47,806 nucleotides of DNA from Alphaproteobacteria bacterium. GTDB taxonomy: Bacteria > Pseudomonadota > Alphaproteobacteria > Rhizobiales > JAJRRF01. Location of the stretch: contig JAJRRF010000166.1 of assembly GCA_024279735.1 (NCBI GenBank), forward strand, positions 1-47,806, given 5' to 3'. The notes beneath the pieces were generated by a model. It did no database searches and was not told where the DNA came from. It saw only the letters and a program-made list of their open reading frames with translations. This document shows, piece after piece, positions 33,893-42,488 of the stretch; position 1 is the stretch's first letter; each line of letters starts with the position of its first letter. The position numbers were made by a program, and so were the translations under genes.

Positions 33893-35218
33893 ATGTCTTT
33901 GAGTACAATTCCACATAATGACCGCCGTGTCCAATATGCCGCCAGTGCAGGCCAGGTTGAATTTTGGTTTGACTTCCCGTTGGCGCGCGCGCTGGATTTA
34001 TCAGTAACCCGCCAGCGCGGCGGTAGGCTGGATGCCTTGAGCCAGCAGCGTGATTATCACGTCACGTCCCTGAGCAGCACAGGCGGCACAATTCGCCTGA
34101 GCGCAGGGGCGCAAGCGGGCGATGTGCTGGAGCTGTTCGGTGAGCGCAAGATTGAGCGCACCACCAATTTTAGCCAGCGCGGCGATTTTTCCAGCCGCGC
34201 GATAAATGATGAATTAAATCACATCTATATGATCCTTCAAGAGCTGAAGGAAGAGCATGGTGATATGTTGCATCTGCCTGAATCTGCGGCTGATCTGCCA
34301 TCGGCGCAAGGGCTGCATATCCTTGCCCAAGATGCCCAGGGCAACACGGTCAGGCTAGATGCCAACAGCTTTATCGGACCGCAGGGGATTCGCGGCGAGC
34401 GCGGCAAAACGGGGCTGGCTGGCCCGCGTGGTTCTGTGCCTAGCGTGATAGCAGAGTCGCAAAGTGGCTGCGTGGTCGGCAATATTGACGGCGGCTTTTT
34501 TGGCGAGAACTATCCGTGCCAAGACGCGGCTGTTTTTTCCCTAAAAAATATACCGCAAGACGGCGTACTTGGTTGGCATAATCATGATTTTAAGGTGCTT
34601 GGCGTTGATGAATTTAAAGGTGAGCGCGGTGAGACTGGTTTAACTGGCCCGCGCGGTGTTGTGCCGTCTGTGATAGCAGAGGCAGACAATGGGGCTTATA
34701 TCGGCAATATTGATGGCGGCTTTTTTGGCCAAGCTGGCGGCAATATTAGCGGCAATATTTTCTCACTCGAGGCCAGGCCTGGGGTCATGGGCTTTGATGC
34801 AGACGGCAAAGCCAAGCTGTTTGGCTACAATGAATTTAAAGGCCAGCCAGGTGAGCCAGGCTTGCCAGGTATTGCAGGGCCAGTAGGGCCAATAGGCCCG
34901 CGCGGTTCTGTGCCGTCTGTGATTGCTGAAAGTCAAAACGGCGCAATGGTTGGCAATATTGACGGCGGTTTTTTTGGCGAAAATGCCAGCGCGCAAGCGG
35001 CGCTGTTTAGCAGCGTTCGTGCTGATAGCATATCTTATTCCAGTACCACGGTACAAGCCGCGCTTGATGCGCTTGAAGCTGGAAAACTGGGTCGGTCAGA
35101 CCCGGTAGATGGCGGAGAATTTGGAGAAAGTCGTTATCTCGAACTCGAACCGTGGATTTTAGCTCAGGCAACAGAAACAATAACTGATATTACAGACATA
35201 GACGGAGGAATATTTTAG
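33893..35218 (+). CDS. tail fibre protein with three collagen-like repeat modules
   Basis: Three tandem modules (about 34376-34990), each of G-X-Y triplets plus PRG(S/V)VPSVIAE..NG..(V/I)GNIDGGFFG. The protein ends DIDGGIF*. An alternative TTG start lies at 33869. Confidence 0.75.
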   Translation: MSLSTIPHNDRRVQYAASAGQVEFWFDFPLARALDLSVTRQRGGRLDALSQQRDYHVTSLSSTGGTIRLSAGAQAGDVLELFGERKIERTTNFSQRGDFSSRAINDELNHIYMILQELKEEHGDMLHLPESAADLPSAQGLHILAQDAQGNTVRLDANSFIGPQGIRGERGKTGLAGPRGSVPSVIAESQSGCVVGNIDGGFFGENYPCQDAAVFSLKNIPQDGVLGWHNHDFKVLGVDEFKGERGETGLTGPRGVVPSVIAEADNGAYIGNIDGGFFGQAGGNISGNIFSLEARPGVMGFDADGKAKLFGYNEFKGQPGEPGLPGIAGPVGPIGPRGSVPSVIAESQNGAMVGNIDGGFFGENASAQAALFSSVRADSISYSSTTVQAALDALEAGKLGRSDPVDGGEFGESRYLELEPWILAQATETITDITDIDGGIF

Positions 35219-35895
35219 TGGCAATTTTTCAAATTAAGCGCAGGCATAGCGGCGCGGCAGGTGCGCCGACCAATCTCAAGCCTGGCGAATTGGCCTTTAA
35301 CGATGTGGACGGAAAACTTTACATAGGTGAAGGCGCGGCGGGCGCGGGCGGTTTTGCGCCCAATGTGGTCGCGGTGGCGGATAAATCCATCTTGGCTGAT
35401 CCTGTCACCAAGGGCTATGTTGATAATGCGCTGTCAAATGTTGATGCTGTGCCAGCAATTGGCACAGGCTTGTCACTTGTCAGCGGGGCAATTGCGCTGT
35501 CTGATAATGTTGCCCTGGGCGGCGCACCTACCGCGCCCACGCCGCAAGATGATGACGACAGTACGCGCATTGCAACGTCAGAATTTGTGATGCGGGAAAT
35601 TACCCAGCTTTACAATAAAATTGTCAATGCCAGCCCTGCTGAATATGACACCATCAAAGAGGTTTTTACCTATGCCCAGGAAAACAGGGATGCGCGCGAA
35701 CTACTAAATAGCGCGGTTGCTGATAAATGTGCCAAGGCGCAGAATCTCAATGATCTCCAGGACAAGTCCTTGGCACGCAGCAATCTTGGCCTAGGCAATG
35801 TCGCTGAGATGGCTGCTGATGCTGTTAATTTCACAGGCGGCACAATCGGCGCAGGGGTCACAATTTCAGCTGATATTGACGGGGGGACGTTCTAG
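35218..35895 (+). CDS. tail fibre protein
   Basis: GTG start overlapping the previous stop (TAGTG). IKRRHSGAAGAPTNLKPGELAFNDVDGKLYIG and PTAPTPQDDDDSTRIATSEFV are classic tail-fibre motifs. The protein ends DIDGGTF*. Confidence 0.75.
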   Translation: MAIFQIKRRHSGAAGAPTNLKPGELAFNDVDGKLYIGEGAAGAGGFAPNVVAVADKSILADPVTKGYVDNALSNVDAVPAIGTGLSLVSGAIALSDNVALGGAPTAPTPQDDDDSTRIATSEFVMREITQLYNKIVNASPAEYDTIKEVFTYAQENRDARELLNSAVADKCAKAQNLNDLQDKSLARSNLGLGNVAEMAADAVNFTGGTIGAGVTISADIDGGTF

Positions 35896-36794
35896 TGTCT
35901 GATTTGCCAGGTATTTTTTTGTTGCGCGGAAAAAATGCAGGAGATAAGCCAGCGGATGGCCGTTTGCGGCCTGGTGAAATTGGTATTAATGAGTATGATA
36001 AAAAGCTGTTTTTGCACGATCCTGCGTCTGATACGCCCTTTGAATTTAGTTTGAACGGCGGCAGCGGGGCTGTGTCGCGCCGCATATTAGCTTATGACGG
36101 CTATGATATGGGCGCAGCAGCCGATGGCAGTTCTTTTGTCGTTGAGCTTGCGGATGAGCAAATTGTGACATTGCACGATATAGCAGCTTTGAGTGAGGGC
36201 TGGTCTGTTGACCTATTTTTTAATGGCCGGCCCTCTGGGGTTCAAACCTCGTTTATACAGTTTGCGGCAGGGGCAGGGCAGTTTGAATTTCGCGGCGTAC
36301 TGAGTGATAAATTTTACATTTTGGGCGGCGGCGAAGGGTTTCGGCTGATTAAGCGCGGTAATTTTTTAGTGACTTATTGCATCAAGCAACCAGCACCAGT
36401 GAAAATCCATAAGAACAAAACCAACGAGGCCGTCTATCTGTTCGCGGGCGTTTCAGCCTGGACGGCAATGTCGCTGGATGCGGGGTCTCATGTCAATTTT
36501 GAGAACGTGGCGGGCGGGGTGAGAGTGCCTGTAGCGGGGCAATATATTGTGCACTCCAGGATTCTGGCAAAATGGATTGTATCAGGCGGGGACGGCTATT
36601 TAAAAACTAAAGTTGGCAGCGAGACAGAACTGGATCGCGCGATTAACTCTGCCGATAGTTACAAATATCTCAAGAACAACTTGACTGCAAATCTCGAAGC
36701 GGGCGATGTGATAAAAAGTGAGATATATTTAACGCCGAGTGCGCAGTTTTACGCCAATCATAATCTATTAACAGTAGAATTTTCGGGGAGATAA
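35895..36794 (+). CDS. tail fibre / receptor-binding tip protein
   Basis: GTG start at the same TAGTG junction. The N-terminus has RLRPGEIGINEYDKKLFL, related to the previous gene. The C-terminal beta-rich domain is unique. Confidence 0.6.
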   Translation: MSDLPGIFLLRGKNAGDKPADGRLRPGEIGINEYDKKLFLHDPASDTPFEFSLNGGSGAVSRRILAYDGYDMGAAADGSSFVVELADEQIVTLHDIAALSEGWSVDLFFNGRPSGVQTSFIQFAAGAGQFEFRGVLSDKFYILGGGEGFRLIKRGNFLVTYCIKQPAPVKIHKNKTNEAVYLFAGVSAWTAMSLDAGSHVNFENVAGGVRVPVAGQYIVHSRILAKWIVSGGDGYLKTKVGSETELDRAINSADSYKYLKNNLTANLEAGDVIKSEIYLTPSAQFYANHNLLTVEFSGR

Positions 36795-36797
36795 TTG

Positions 36798-37289
36798 ATG
36801 GCGCAATGGGAACATTTTGTCGTGCAGGCTGCAATTTTGCAACATCCCGGGATGTCTGCTTTAGATATACCGTGGAATCTTGCGGAAGATGGCAGTTATG
36901 AAATGGATGAATCCGCCTGGCCAGAACAGTTCGGAGCACTGGATATGGTTGCGCTTCAGGCAGAGGCGGAACAACTCGCGCATAAAGTTACGCGCGATAT
37001 GGTCAACGCTGAAATTCTCGAAAATCTAAAGCTGATTTGGGGCGGGGATACTGAAACCCGCGTTGCGCAAAAGCATCAAAATGCCGTTGGCATTATGACG
37101 CGGCTGCTGAACAAAGAGGGGTCTGAACAGACCGCGCTGACCAGTGAAGAGATGGCTGTGAAGGACAGCATTAAGGGGCAGCTGGAAGCCCATGAGGCGG
37201 TACTGAATGAGGGGCGGCGCATTAAGGCACTGTCCCTCATTCCAGATAATTATAAGGATTTGCTTCAGGCTGCTATTCCGCAGGAATAG
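36798..37289 (+). CDS. hypothetical protein (163 aa); possibly a fibre accessory or assembly protein
   Basis: ORF immediately after the fibre genes. I recognise no motif. Confidence 0.45.
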   Translation: MAQWEHFVVQAAILQHPGMSALDIPWNLAEDGSYEMDESAWPEQFGALDMVALQAEAEQLAHKVTRDMVNAEILENLKLIWGGDTETRVAQKHQNAVGIMTRLLNKEGSEQTALTSEEMAVKDSIKGQLEAHEAVLNEGRRIKALSLIPDNYKDLLQAAIPQE

Positions 37290-37298
37290 AATTTACAA

Positions 37299-37349
37299 AA
37301 GCAATCGCAGTAAAAGTGTGAAGCGGTTTTACGTTCGTCGATTGCGTCC
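37299..37349 (+). repeat. ~50-nt hairpin repeat, copy C, flanked by a 21-bp direct duplication
   Basis: AAGCAATCGCAGTAAAAGTGTGAAGCGGTTTTACGTTCGTCGATTGCGTCC. CTATTCCGCAGGAATAGAATT occurs at 37273-37293 and again at 37349-37369. Confidence 0.85.
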
Positions 37350-37465
37350 TATTCCGCAGGAATAGAATTATAATTTGTGTGGGTTGTGTTGCGTGACATG
37401 CGCGCTGGCGGGCGCGTGAGGGCTGAAAAGCCAATGGTTGTTGCTTTTAGTGTGAGGCGGGTTGT

Positions 37466-38869
37466 ATGAAAAAACATTTGAAAAATTTTGCGCATGGGGT
37501 TTCCCTTGGTGTGTTTAAGAAAAAATTGAATCGCTTTGGCAAACAAGCTGAAGCTACGGCGGACACTCTATCTGATTCGGTCGCAGAGCGTATAGATAAC
37601 GGACTAGAATATGTTGACGATAGTTTGGAGGAAATGCGGCACGACCTTGACGCTTTAAAACGTGAGGATCGTTTTGGCATGTGGCTGGCCAAAATTATCA
37701 TGTTTTGCGCCATCATGCTGATTGTTGCGCTTGAGTTCCTGTTTCAGATCGGCGGCATTAATATTTTTGCCGCCAGGGTCTCCCAAATTCTTTGGGCAAC
37801 ATTGGGAGCAGGCGCGGCAATGGCTTCTATGCCAGCGGCGCGGCAGCTGATGCGGCCTGGGAAAATGTTTCCGCGCGTCGCGGCAGGCATTGTCTTGGCT
37901 ATTGTGATTATGATTTCGTTTTATGTGCTGTTCAATGCCTCTAGCCAGATCAATAGCGGCAGGCTGGGGCGGCAAGATGTTGGCGCAAGCCAGGCTGTGA
38001 GCAATGCCAAGCGGCTAAAAGCCATGCTGGCACAGCAAGAAACTTTGGTTGCCAAAGACTTGCCTTTGGCAGATGAGGACATGCTGGAAGCCAAGGTTGC
38101 TGATGCGCTAAAGGCTGGCAAAGGCAAGCGCCGCCTGGGCTATGCCACCTCAAATTGTAATGCGCGCTATATTGCGCGGCGTTATCGCTCTGCTTGCCGC
38201 ATTGTCAAGAAAGACAGGGCGGTGCTTTCTGATATTCGCAATCTTAAAATGCTGAATAAAGAAATTCCGTTGCTTGAGCAAAAAATTGCAAGCAGCAACA
38301 CCGCAACCAACGGCGATGCCAGCGGCGAGGTGCTGTCTGGCATGGTCGGTGTCAGCCAAAAAATGGTGCAGCTTTATAGCCAGCTTTATATGGTGATTGG
38401 GGTCTGCGCGGTGATCTATCTCTATGAGCTGATCATTTATTATAATTACTGGCAGAAAGTCGGGGCGCAGAAACAGCTGGAAAAAGGCATTCGACAGGGT
38501 GAGCGCGAAGCCAAGCGGGCAGGGGTTGCAGCGCATAAAGCGGCAAATCCTGAGCCTGAGCGAATAACCAAATTTATTGAGAAGAAGCCGCCGCCCTTCA
38601 GCATTGCGCCCGGGTCTGACCATGAGCTGGTGATGCAGTTTTTTCACAAGGGCAATTTTGACCAGGAGGAAAAACTGCCTGAGCTGAACAAGCGTTATAC
38701 GCTATGGCGCGAGGAGCAAGGCAAGACAGGCTTGCTGCTGATTGATTTTCGCAAAGTTGTCAAAAAACTGGTGGATGAAAAGCAGCTGGCGGGGGTGGAG
38801 ATGGGGCAGAACGAGGCCAATATCTTTGTACTTTACGGCCTGGAAACATTTAACGGGGTTGCAGCATGA
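37466..38869 (+). CDS. multi-pass membrane/coiled-coil protein (467 aa), translationally coupled to the endolysin
   Basis: Hydrophobic helices at MWLAKIIMFCAIMLIVALEF, ILWATLGAGAAMASMPAA, VAAGIVLAIVIMISFYVLF and LYMVIGVCAVIYLYELIIYY. Its stop overlaps the endolysin ATG (ATGA at 38866-38869). Confidence 0.6.
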   Translation: MKKHLKNFAHGVSLGVFKKKLNRFGKQAEATADTLSDSVAERIDNGLEYVDDSLEEMRHDLDALKREDRFGMWLAKIIMFCAIMLIVALEFLFQIGGINIFAARVSQILWATLGAGAAMASMPAARQLMRPGKMFPRVAAGIVLAIVIMISFYVLFNASSQINSGRLGRQDVGASQAVSNAKRLKAMLAQQETLVAKDLPLADEDMLEAKVADALKAGKGKRRLGYATSNCNARYIARRYRSACRIVKKDRAVLSDIRNLKMLNKEIPLLEQKIASSNTATNGDASGEVLSGMVGVSQKMVQLYSQLYMVIGVCAVIYLYELIIYYNYWQKVGAQKQLEKGIRQGEREAKRAGVAAHKAANPEPERITKFIEKKPPPFSIAPGSDHELVMQFFHKGNFDQEEKLPELNKRYTLWREEQGKTGLLLIDFRKVVKKLVDEKQLAGVEMGQNEANIFVLYGLETFNGVAA

Positions 38870-39501
38870 GCTGGTCAGAAATAGCTGGCCGTGCCAGCCT
38901 GGCCTTGATTGTGCTGTTGTTCCTGGTCTACCGCGTCATGCCTGTTGTCAGTAGCCATTATTGGCAGCTGGGCAGCATGAAATATGAAGACCTTAATGAG
39001 CAATATCAACAAAGCCGTCAGATAACAGAGCAAGATAGGGACTGGATGACCCGCACTGTGTTTGTTGAGACCCTGGGCGAACCCTTACAAGGGCATATTG
39101 CGGTGGCTTGGGTGATAAAAAACCGATGGCTGGAAAGCCCTTATACCAACTGGTCTAGCATATCCAAAGTGGTCTCGGCTTGCGGCTATATTACCCGCAA
39201 CAAGCAGTCTGTCAAGGTCTGCCAGTTTGAACCCTGGCTATCGAAGGCGAAGAAAAAACGGCTATTTGGTCTGAAAACAGACTCGCGTAATTATGCGCAT
39301 TATCGCGATATTGTCGATGATGTGTTGGAGGGTATGATTGCAGACCCAATTGCTGGCCGCCGCTGCTTTATGAACGCCGCGATAGTGAAGCGGCGCAAGG
39401 GCAAACTGCCCGTCTGCAAAGCAGGCAATTGTCTGACCATTGGCCAGCACACATTTTACTACTGCCCTGGCTGGGCAAGGATGAGGGAGGCTAAAATATG
39501 A
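38866..39501 (+). CDS. SleB/Hydrolase_2-family cell-wall hydrolase with an N-terminal signal-anchor (SAR-type endolysin)
   Basis: MTRTVFVETLGEPLQGHIAVAWVIKNRW...CQFEPW matches the SleB-type hydrolase pattern (EA.GE...AVA.VI.NR...QF..W). The N-terminal hydrophobic segment is ASLALIVLLFLVY. Confidence 0.8.
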   Translation: MSWSEIAGRASLALIVLLFLVYRVMPVVSSHYWQLGSMKYEDLNEQYQQSRQITEQDRDWMTRTVFVETLGEPLQGHIAVAWVIKNRWLESPYTNWSSISKVVSACGYITRNKQSVKVCQFEPWLSKAKKKRLFGLKTDSRNYAHYRDIVDDVLEGMIADPIAGRRCFMNAAIVKRRKGKLPVCKAGNCLTIGQHTFYYCPGWARMREAKI

Positions 39502-39818
39502 GCGAAATATTCGGGTCGTTTTTCCTCGGCGTGTTTGTCACCTGCGTTCTGGGCTGGTCATATATCTGGAACGCGGATGGCCGCTGCATTGCCAGGGCAG
39601 AAAAAGCCAGGGCTGAATATAAGCAGGCGGAGCGGTTGCGCAATGCTGAATTGTCGTCATTTCAGGACGGGCTGGTGGCAGATAATGTATCGAGACAAAT
39701 CAGCCGCGATGCCAGATATAATCATGTCCTGAACAAGTTGCGCGATGTGACCACTAGGGGCTGCATCATTCCTGAAGTGCTGAAAGAAGCATTAATAGAA
39801 GCGGAGTCAATAGAATGA
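39498..39818 (+). CDS. i-spanin (Rz-like)
   Basis: N-terminal TM IFGSFFLGVFVTCVLGWSYIW followed by a charged coil. Overlaps the endolysin stop. Confidence 0.7.
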   Translation: MSEIFGSFFLGVFVTCVLGWSYIWNADGRCIARAEKARAEYKQAERLRNAELSSFQDGLVADNVSRQISRDARYNHVLNKLRDVTTRGCIIPEVLKEALIEAESIE

Positions 39819-40150
39819 AAAAAGATACCCGAAACCAGGATGGCGGCTGGACAGGCTTTGTCCTGTTTTACTTGTTTATCTTGCTGGCCTTTGTGCTGGC
39901 AGCCAGCCTTGGCGGCTGTACCCGTCACCAAGCGGTGCTGGTTCAACCCAATACCCTGCCGCCGCGCCCTGAGCTGATGCAGCAAAGCAAACTGCCCGCG
40001 CCCGATACCACCGAGTCAGAGCCGCTAAAGCGGTGCATCAAAAACCTGGCCAACACCCGCCAGGGCTGCGGCCAGATTGCTGATAAGCATAATGGCCTGG
40101 TCGCTTACGAAAAAAAACGCGCGGCTCAGGCAGGGCGGCGCGTGGAATAG
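39815..40150 (+). CDS. o-spanin (Rz1-like lipoprotein)
   Basis: Signal peptide with lipobox LGGC (…LAASLGGC/TRH) and a Pro-rich mature part. Overlaps the i-spanin stop. Confidence 0.7.
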   Translation: MKKDTRNQDGGWTGFVLFYLFILLAFVLAASLGGCTRHQAVLVQPNTLPPRPELMQQSKLPAPDTTESEPLKRCIKNLANTRQGCGQIADKHNGLVAYEKKRAAQAGRRVE

Positions 40151-40181
40151 TCCGGAAACATAACTCCTCCTGGACTGAACT

Positions 40182-40217
40182 GGCGACCCTTGAGTTTTGC
40201 GTGGGTCGCCTTTTTTT
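40182..40217 (+). terminator. rho-independent terminator of the late/lysis operon
   Basis: GGCGACCC (40182-40189) ... GGGTCGCC (40203-40210), followed by TTTTTTT. Confidence 0.8.
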
Positions 40218-40269
40218 GCGACACCCTAAAATCTCTTAATTGAAAGATCAGAGATAGAACAAAGCTATA

Positions 40270-40302
40270 AAAGTCGGAAACCGACTTATCACAAAAGTCG
40301 GA
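40270..40302 (+). promoter_or_regulatory. cluster of candidate integrase arm-type sites
   Basis: AAAGTCGGAAA (40270-40280), inverted CCGACTT (40281-40287) and AAAGTCGGA (40294-40302), 60-90 bp from the att core. The same 11-mer occurs at 1562-1572. Confidence 0.4.
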
Positions 40303-40361
40303 CGTTGCCATAACGTCTGGCTGTTATTTTGCCTAACCATTTGATCTGTAAGGAGAAAAAT

Positions 40362-40435
40362 TGGAGGCCTCGTCCGGAATCGAACCGGAGTAGACGGATT
40401 TGCAATCCGCTGCGTAGCCACTCCGCCACGAGGCC
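40362..40435 (-). tRNA. tRNA-Cys (anticodon GCA)
   Basis: Hand-folded: acceptor GGCCTCG/CGAGGCC, anticodon stem GCGGA/TCCGT with loop TTGCAAA, T arm TCCGG-TTCGATT-CCGGA, discriminator U and an encoded CCA. 74 nt. Confidence 0.9.
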
Positions 40436-40734
40436 TCATAATAGGTCAGAACCTTAGATGTTTTTCTGGCCAACATAGTTGGTCAAGTGGCTATTCCTGA
40501 ATCTATGGATGCCAGAACAGTTCCTGTCTATTAGAAGAACTTATTAGCAAACTTGATATACTATAACAATCCTTTTCACTCCCTATGTTTAACTTTTATT
40601 GTTATTAACATTTGGGCAGACCATCGGGCTTAAAATAAGCCCCCTGTTTTCCTGGAAGGAAAAGGCAGCTGTTCATTCATAAGGGGCCTGGCGCAAAGCT
40701 TTTGTGCCTTTTGTGATCTTGAATGTGCACGAAA

Positions 40735-40806
40735 CACAAAAGGGCTATTTTTTGCCAAATGAAGGCCATCCCCAACAGGCTAGATATAGCGGCCTGGTGC
40801 AAAACC
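40735..40806 (+). repeat. diverged partial copy of the intercistronic element in host DNA (3' of trpE)
   Basis: CACAAAAGGGCTATTTTTTGCCAAATGAAGGCCATCCCCAACAGGCTAGATATAGCGGCCTGGTGCAAAACC. It lacks the CGCC/GGCG hairpin and the SD part. Confidence 0.6.
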
Positions 40807-40827
40807 TCATGACCTATGTGGTTCTGG

Positions 40828-42366
40828 CTACTGTCCCTTTTTGCCCTGGTTGGCGAAACGGATGGCTTCATCAGCGGCGCGGAACAATGCCTTGGCCTTG
40901 TTGACACATTCATCAAACTCATTTTGTGGCACGCTGTCGGTGACAATTCCGGCACCTGCCTGAACATACATCACCTTGTCCTTGACCACAGCTGTGCGCA
41001 GCACCAGGGCACTGTCCATATTGCCGTCAGCAGAAAAATAACCAACGCAGCCAGCATAAATACCGCGCCTGGATTTCTCAAGCTGGTCAATGATTTCCAT
41101 CGCCCTCACTTTTGGCGCGCCTGAGACAGTCCCTGCGGGGAAACCTGCCATCAGGGCATCAACCTCATCAAATTTGGGGTCAAGCTTGCCCTCTACATTG
41201 GAGACGATATGCATGACATGGCTGTAATATTCCAAAAAGAAGCTGTCTGTTACCTTTACACTGCCAGGGAGGGTAACCCTGCCAACATCATTTCTGCCCA
41301 GGTCAAGCAACATAAGGTGCTCTGCACATTCCTTCTTGTCGGCCAGCAGCTCTTTTGCCAGTTGTTGGTCCTGTTGCTTGTCCTTGCCCCTGGGACGGGT
41401 GCCGGCAATCGGACGGATGGTAACTGTCTTGTCCTGTGCCTTGACCAGAATTTCAGGGCTTGAGCCAACAATAGAGTAGTTATCAAAATTGAGGTAGTAC
41501 AGATAGGGAGACGGGTTGGTGCGGCGCAAGGCGCGGTACAGGGAGAAAGGCGGCAGCTCAAATGGTGTCTCGAATCGTTGCGACAGGACAACCTGGAAAA
41601 TATCCCCTTCAGTGATGTAGTCCTTGGCCTTTTCGACTATTTTTTTATAGGCGGCGGGGCTGGTATTTGATTTGGGCTTGGGGGCTGGCTTGACAATTTC
41701 GGCCTGCTGCATCCCGCGCAGATCCAGCGGTGTTTCGAGTTTGTCGACAGCGTGATCAAGACGCTCCAGGGCGTGTTCATAAGCCACTTTCGCGCTGAGT
41801 TTATTTGGGCGCACAGGAGTCACGAGAGTGATTTCATCCTTTACGCTGTCAAAGACTGCCATGATTGTGGGACGGATCATTACGCTGTCTGGCAAGCCGA
41901 GGTCGTCAGGGTTGTTGTCTGGCAACTGCTCAACCAGCCTGACAGTGTCATAGCCCATATAGCCAAAAATACCGGCTCCCATAGGTGGCAGGTTATCTGG
42001 CAGGTCAATGTGCGACTGTTTCAGTATGGCGCGTAATGAGGTCAGGGTATCCTCTTTACAGGGGATAAAGCCTTTTTTGTCCCCAGCTTTTGCTGTCCTT
42101 ATTTGGGCGGTGTTGCCGTTGGCCTGCCAGACCAGGTCTGGATCCAGCCCGATAATGGAGTAACGACCCCGTGTTGCCCCGCCCTCAACTGATTCAAACA
42201 GGAAGGCATTTTTTTTGTGGGCTGCCAGCTTCAGGAATGCCGAAACCGGTGTCTCAAGGTCTGAGACCAGGGAGGTCCAGACAACCTGTGGTTTGCCAGC
42301 ATTATAGTCGGATTGAAATGTCTTGAAATCTGGTAGGTTTGGCATTGGCTGTCCTGCCATCATCAA
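40828..42366 (-). CDS. trpE: anthranilate synthase component I
   Basis: 512 aa with LLDLGRNDVGR and GTVSGAPKVRAMEIIDQLE signatures. Confidence 0.95.
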   Translation of the reverse strand: MMMAGQPMPNLPDFKTFQSDYNAGKPQVVWTSLVSDLETPVSAFLKLAAHKKNAFLFESVEGGATRGRYSIIGLDPDLVWQANGNTAQIRTAKAGDKKGFIPCKEDTLTSLRAILKQSHIDLPDNLPPMGAGIFGYMGYDTVRLVEQLPDNNPDDLGLPDSVMIRPTIMAVFDSVKDEITLVTPVRPNKLSAKVAYEHALERLDHAVDKLETPLDLRGMQQAEIVKPAPKPKSNTSPAAYKKIVEKAKDYITEGDIFQVVLSQRFETPFELPPFSLYRALRRTNPSPYLYYLNFDNYSIVGSSPEILVKAQDKTVTIRPIAGTRPRGKDKQQDQQLAKELLADKKECAEHLMLLDLGRNDVGRVTLPGSVKVTDSFFLEYYSHVMHIVSNVEGKLDPKFDEVDALMAGFPAGTVSGAPKVRAMEIIDQLEKSRRGIYAGCVGYFSADGNMDSALVLRTAVVKDKVMYVQAGAGIVTDSVPQNEFDECVNKAKALFRAADEAIRFANQGKKGQ

Positions 42367-42488
42367 ATTGGTATTGCAGCTTCACGCCGTATTGGGAGTG
42401 CAGGTTTTGCACTGTTTGGGCAGGGCGGACAAAGGCTTTATGAGATGCAACGAGCCGCCCTGATACAATTTTTGAAGGTCTGTCAGGG

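Larger units (their letters stand above)
1446..40409. mobile_element. integrated temperate prophage with a T7-like virion gene order, in tRNA-Cys
   Basis: Bounded by the 48-bp tRNA-derived direct repeat, with the integrase at one end and the lysis cassette at the other. Immunity, replication, packaging, head, tail and lysis modules all lie between. Confidence 0.9.

Noticed and set aside
33893-36794. A diversity-generating retroelement acting on the tail-fibre repeats
   Set aside because: There is no reverse transcriptase ORF anywhere in the window. There is also no template/variable repeat pair with adenine-specific differences. The three modules differ at all base types.
42367-42488. A trp leader peptide or attenuator upstream of trpE
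   Set aside because: There is no short ORF with tandem Trp codons. The visible stems (CAGGGCGG...CCGCCCTG and GTGCA-N5-TGCAC) are more simply the ppiD terminator region.
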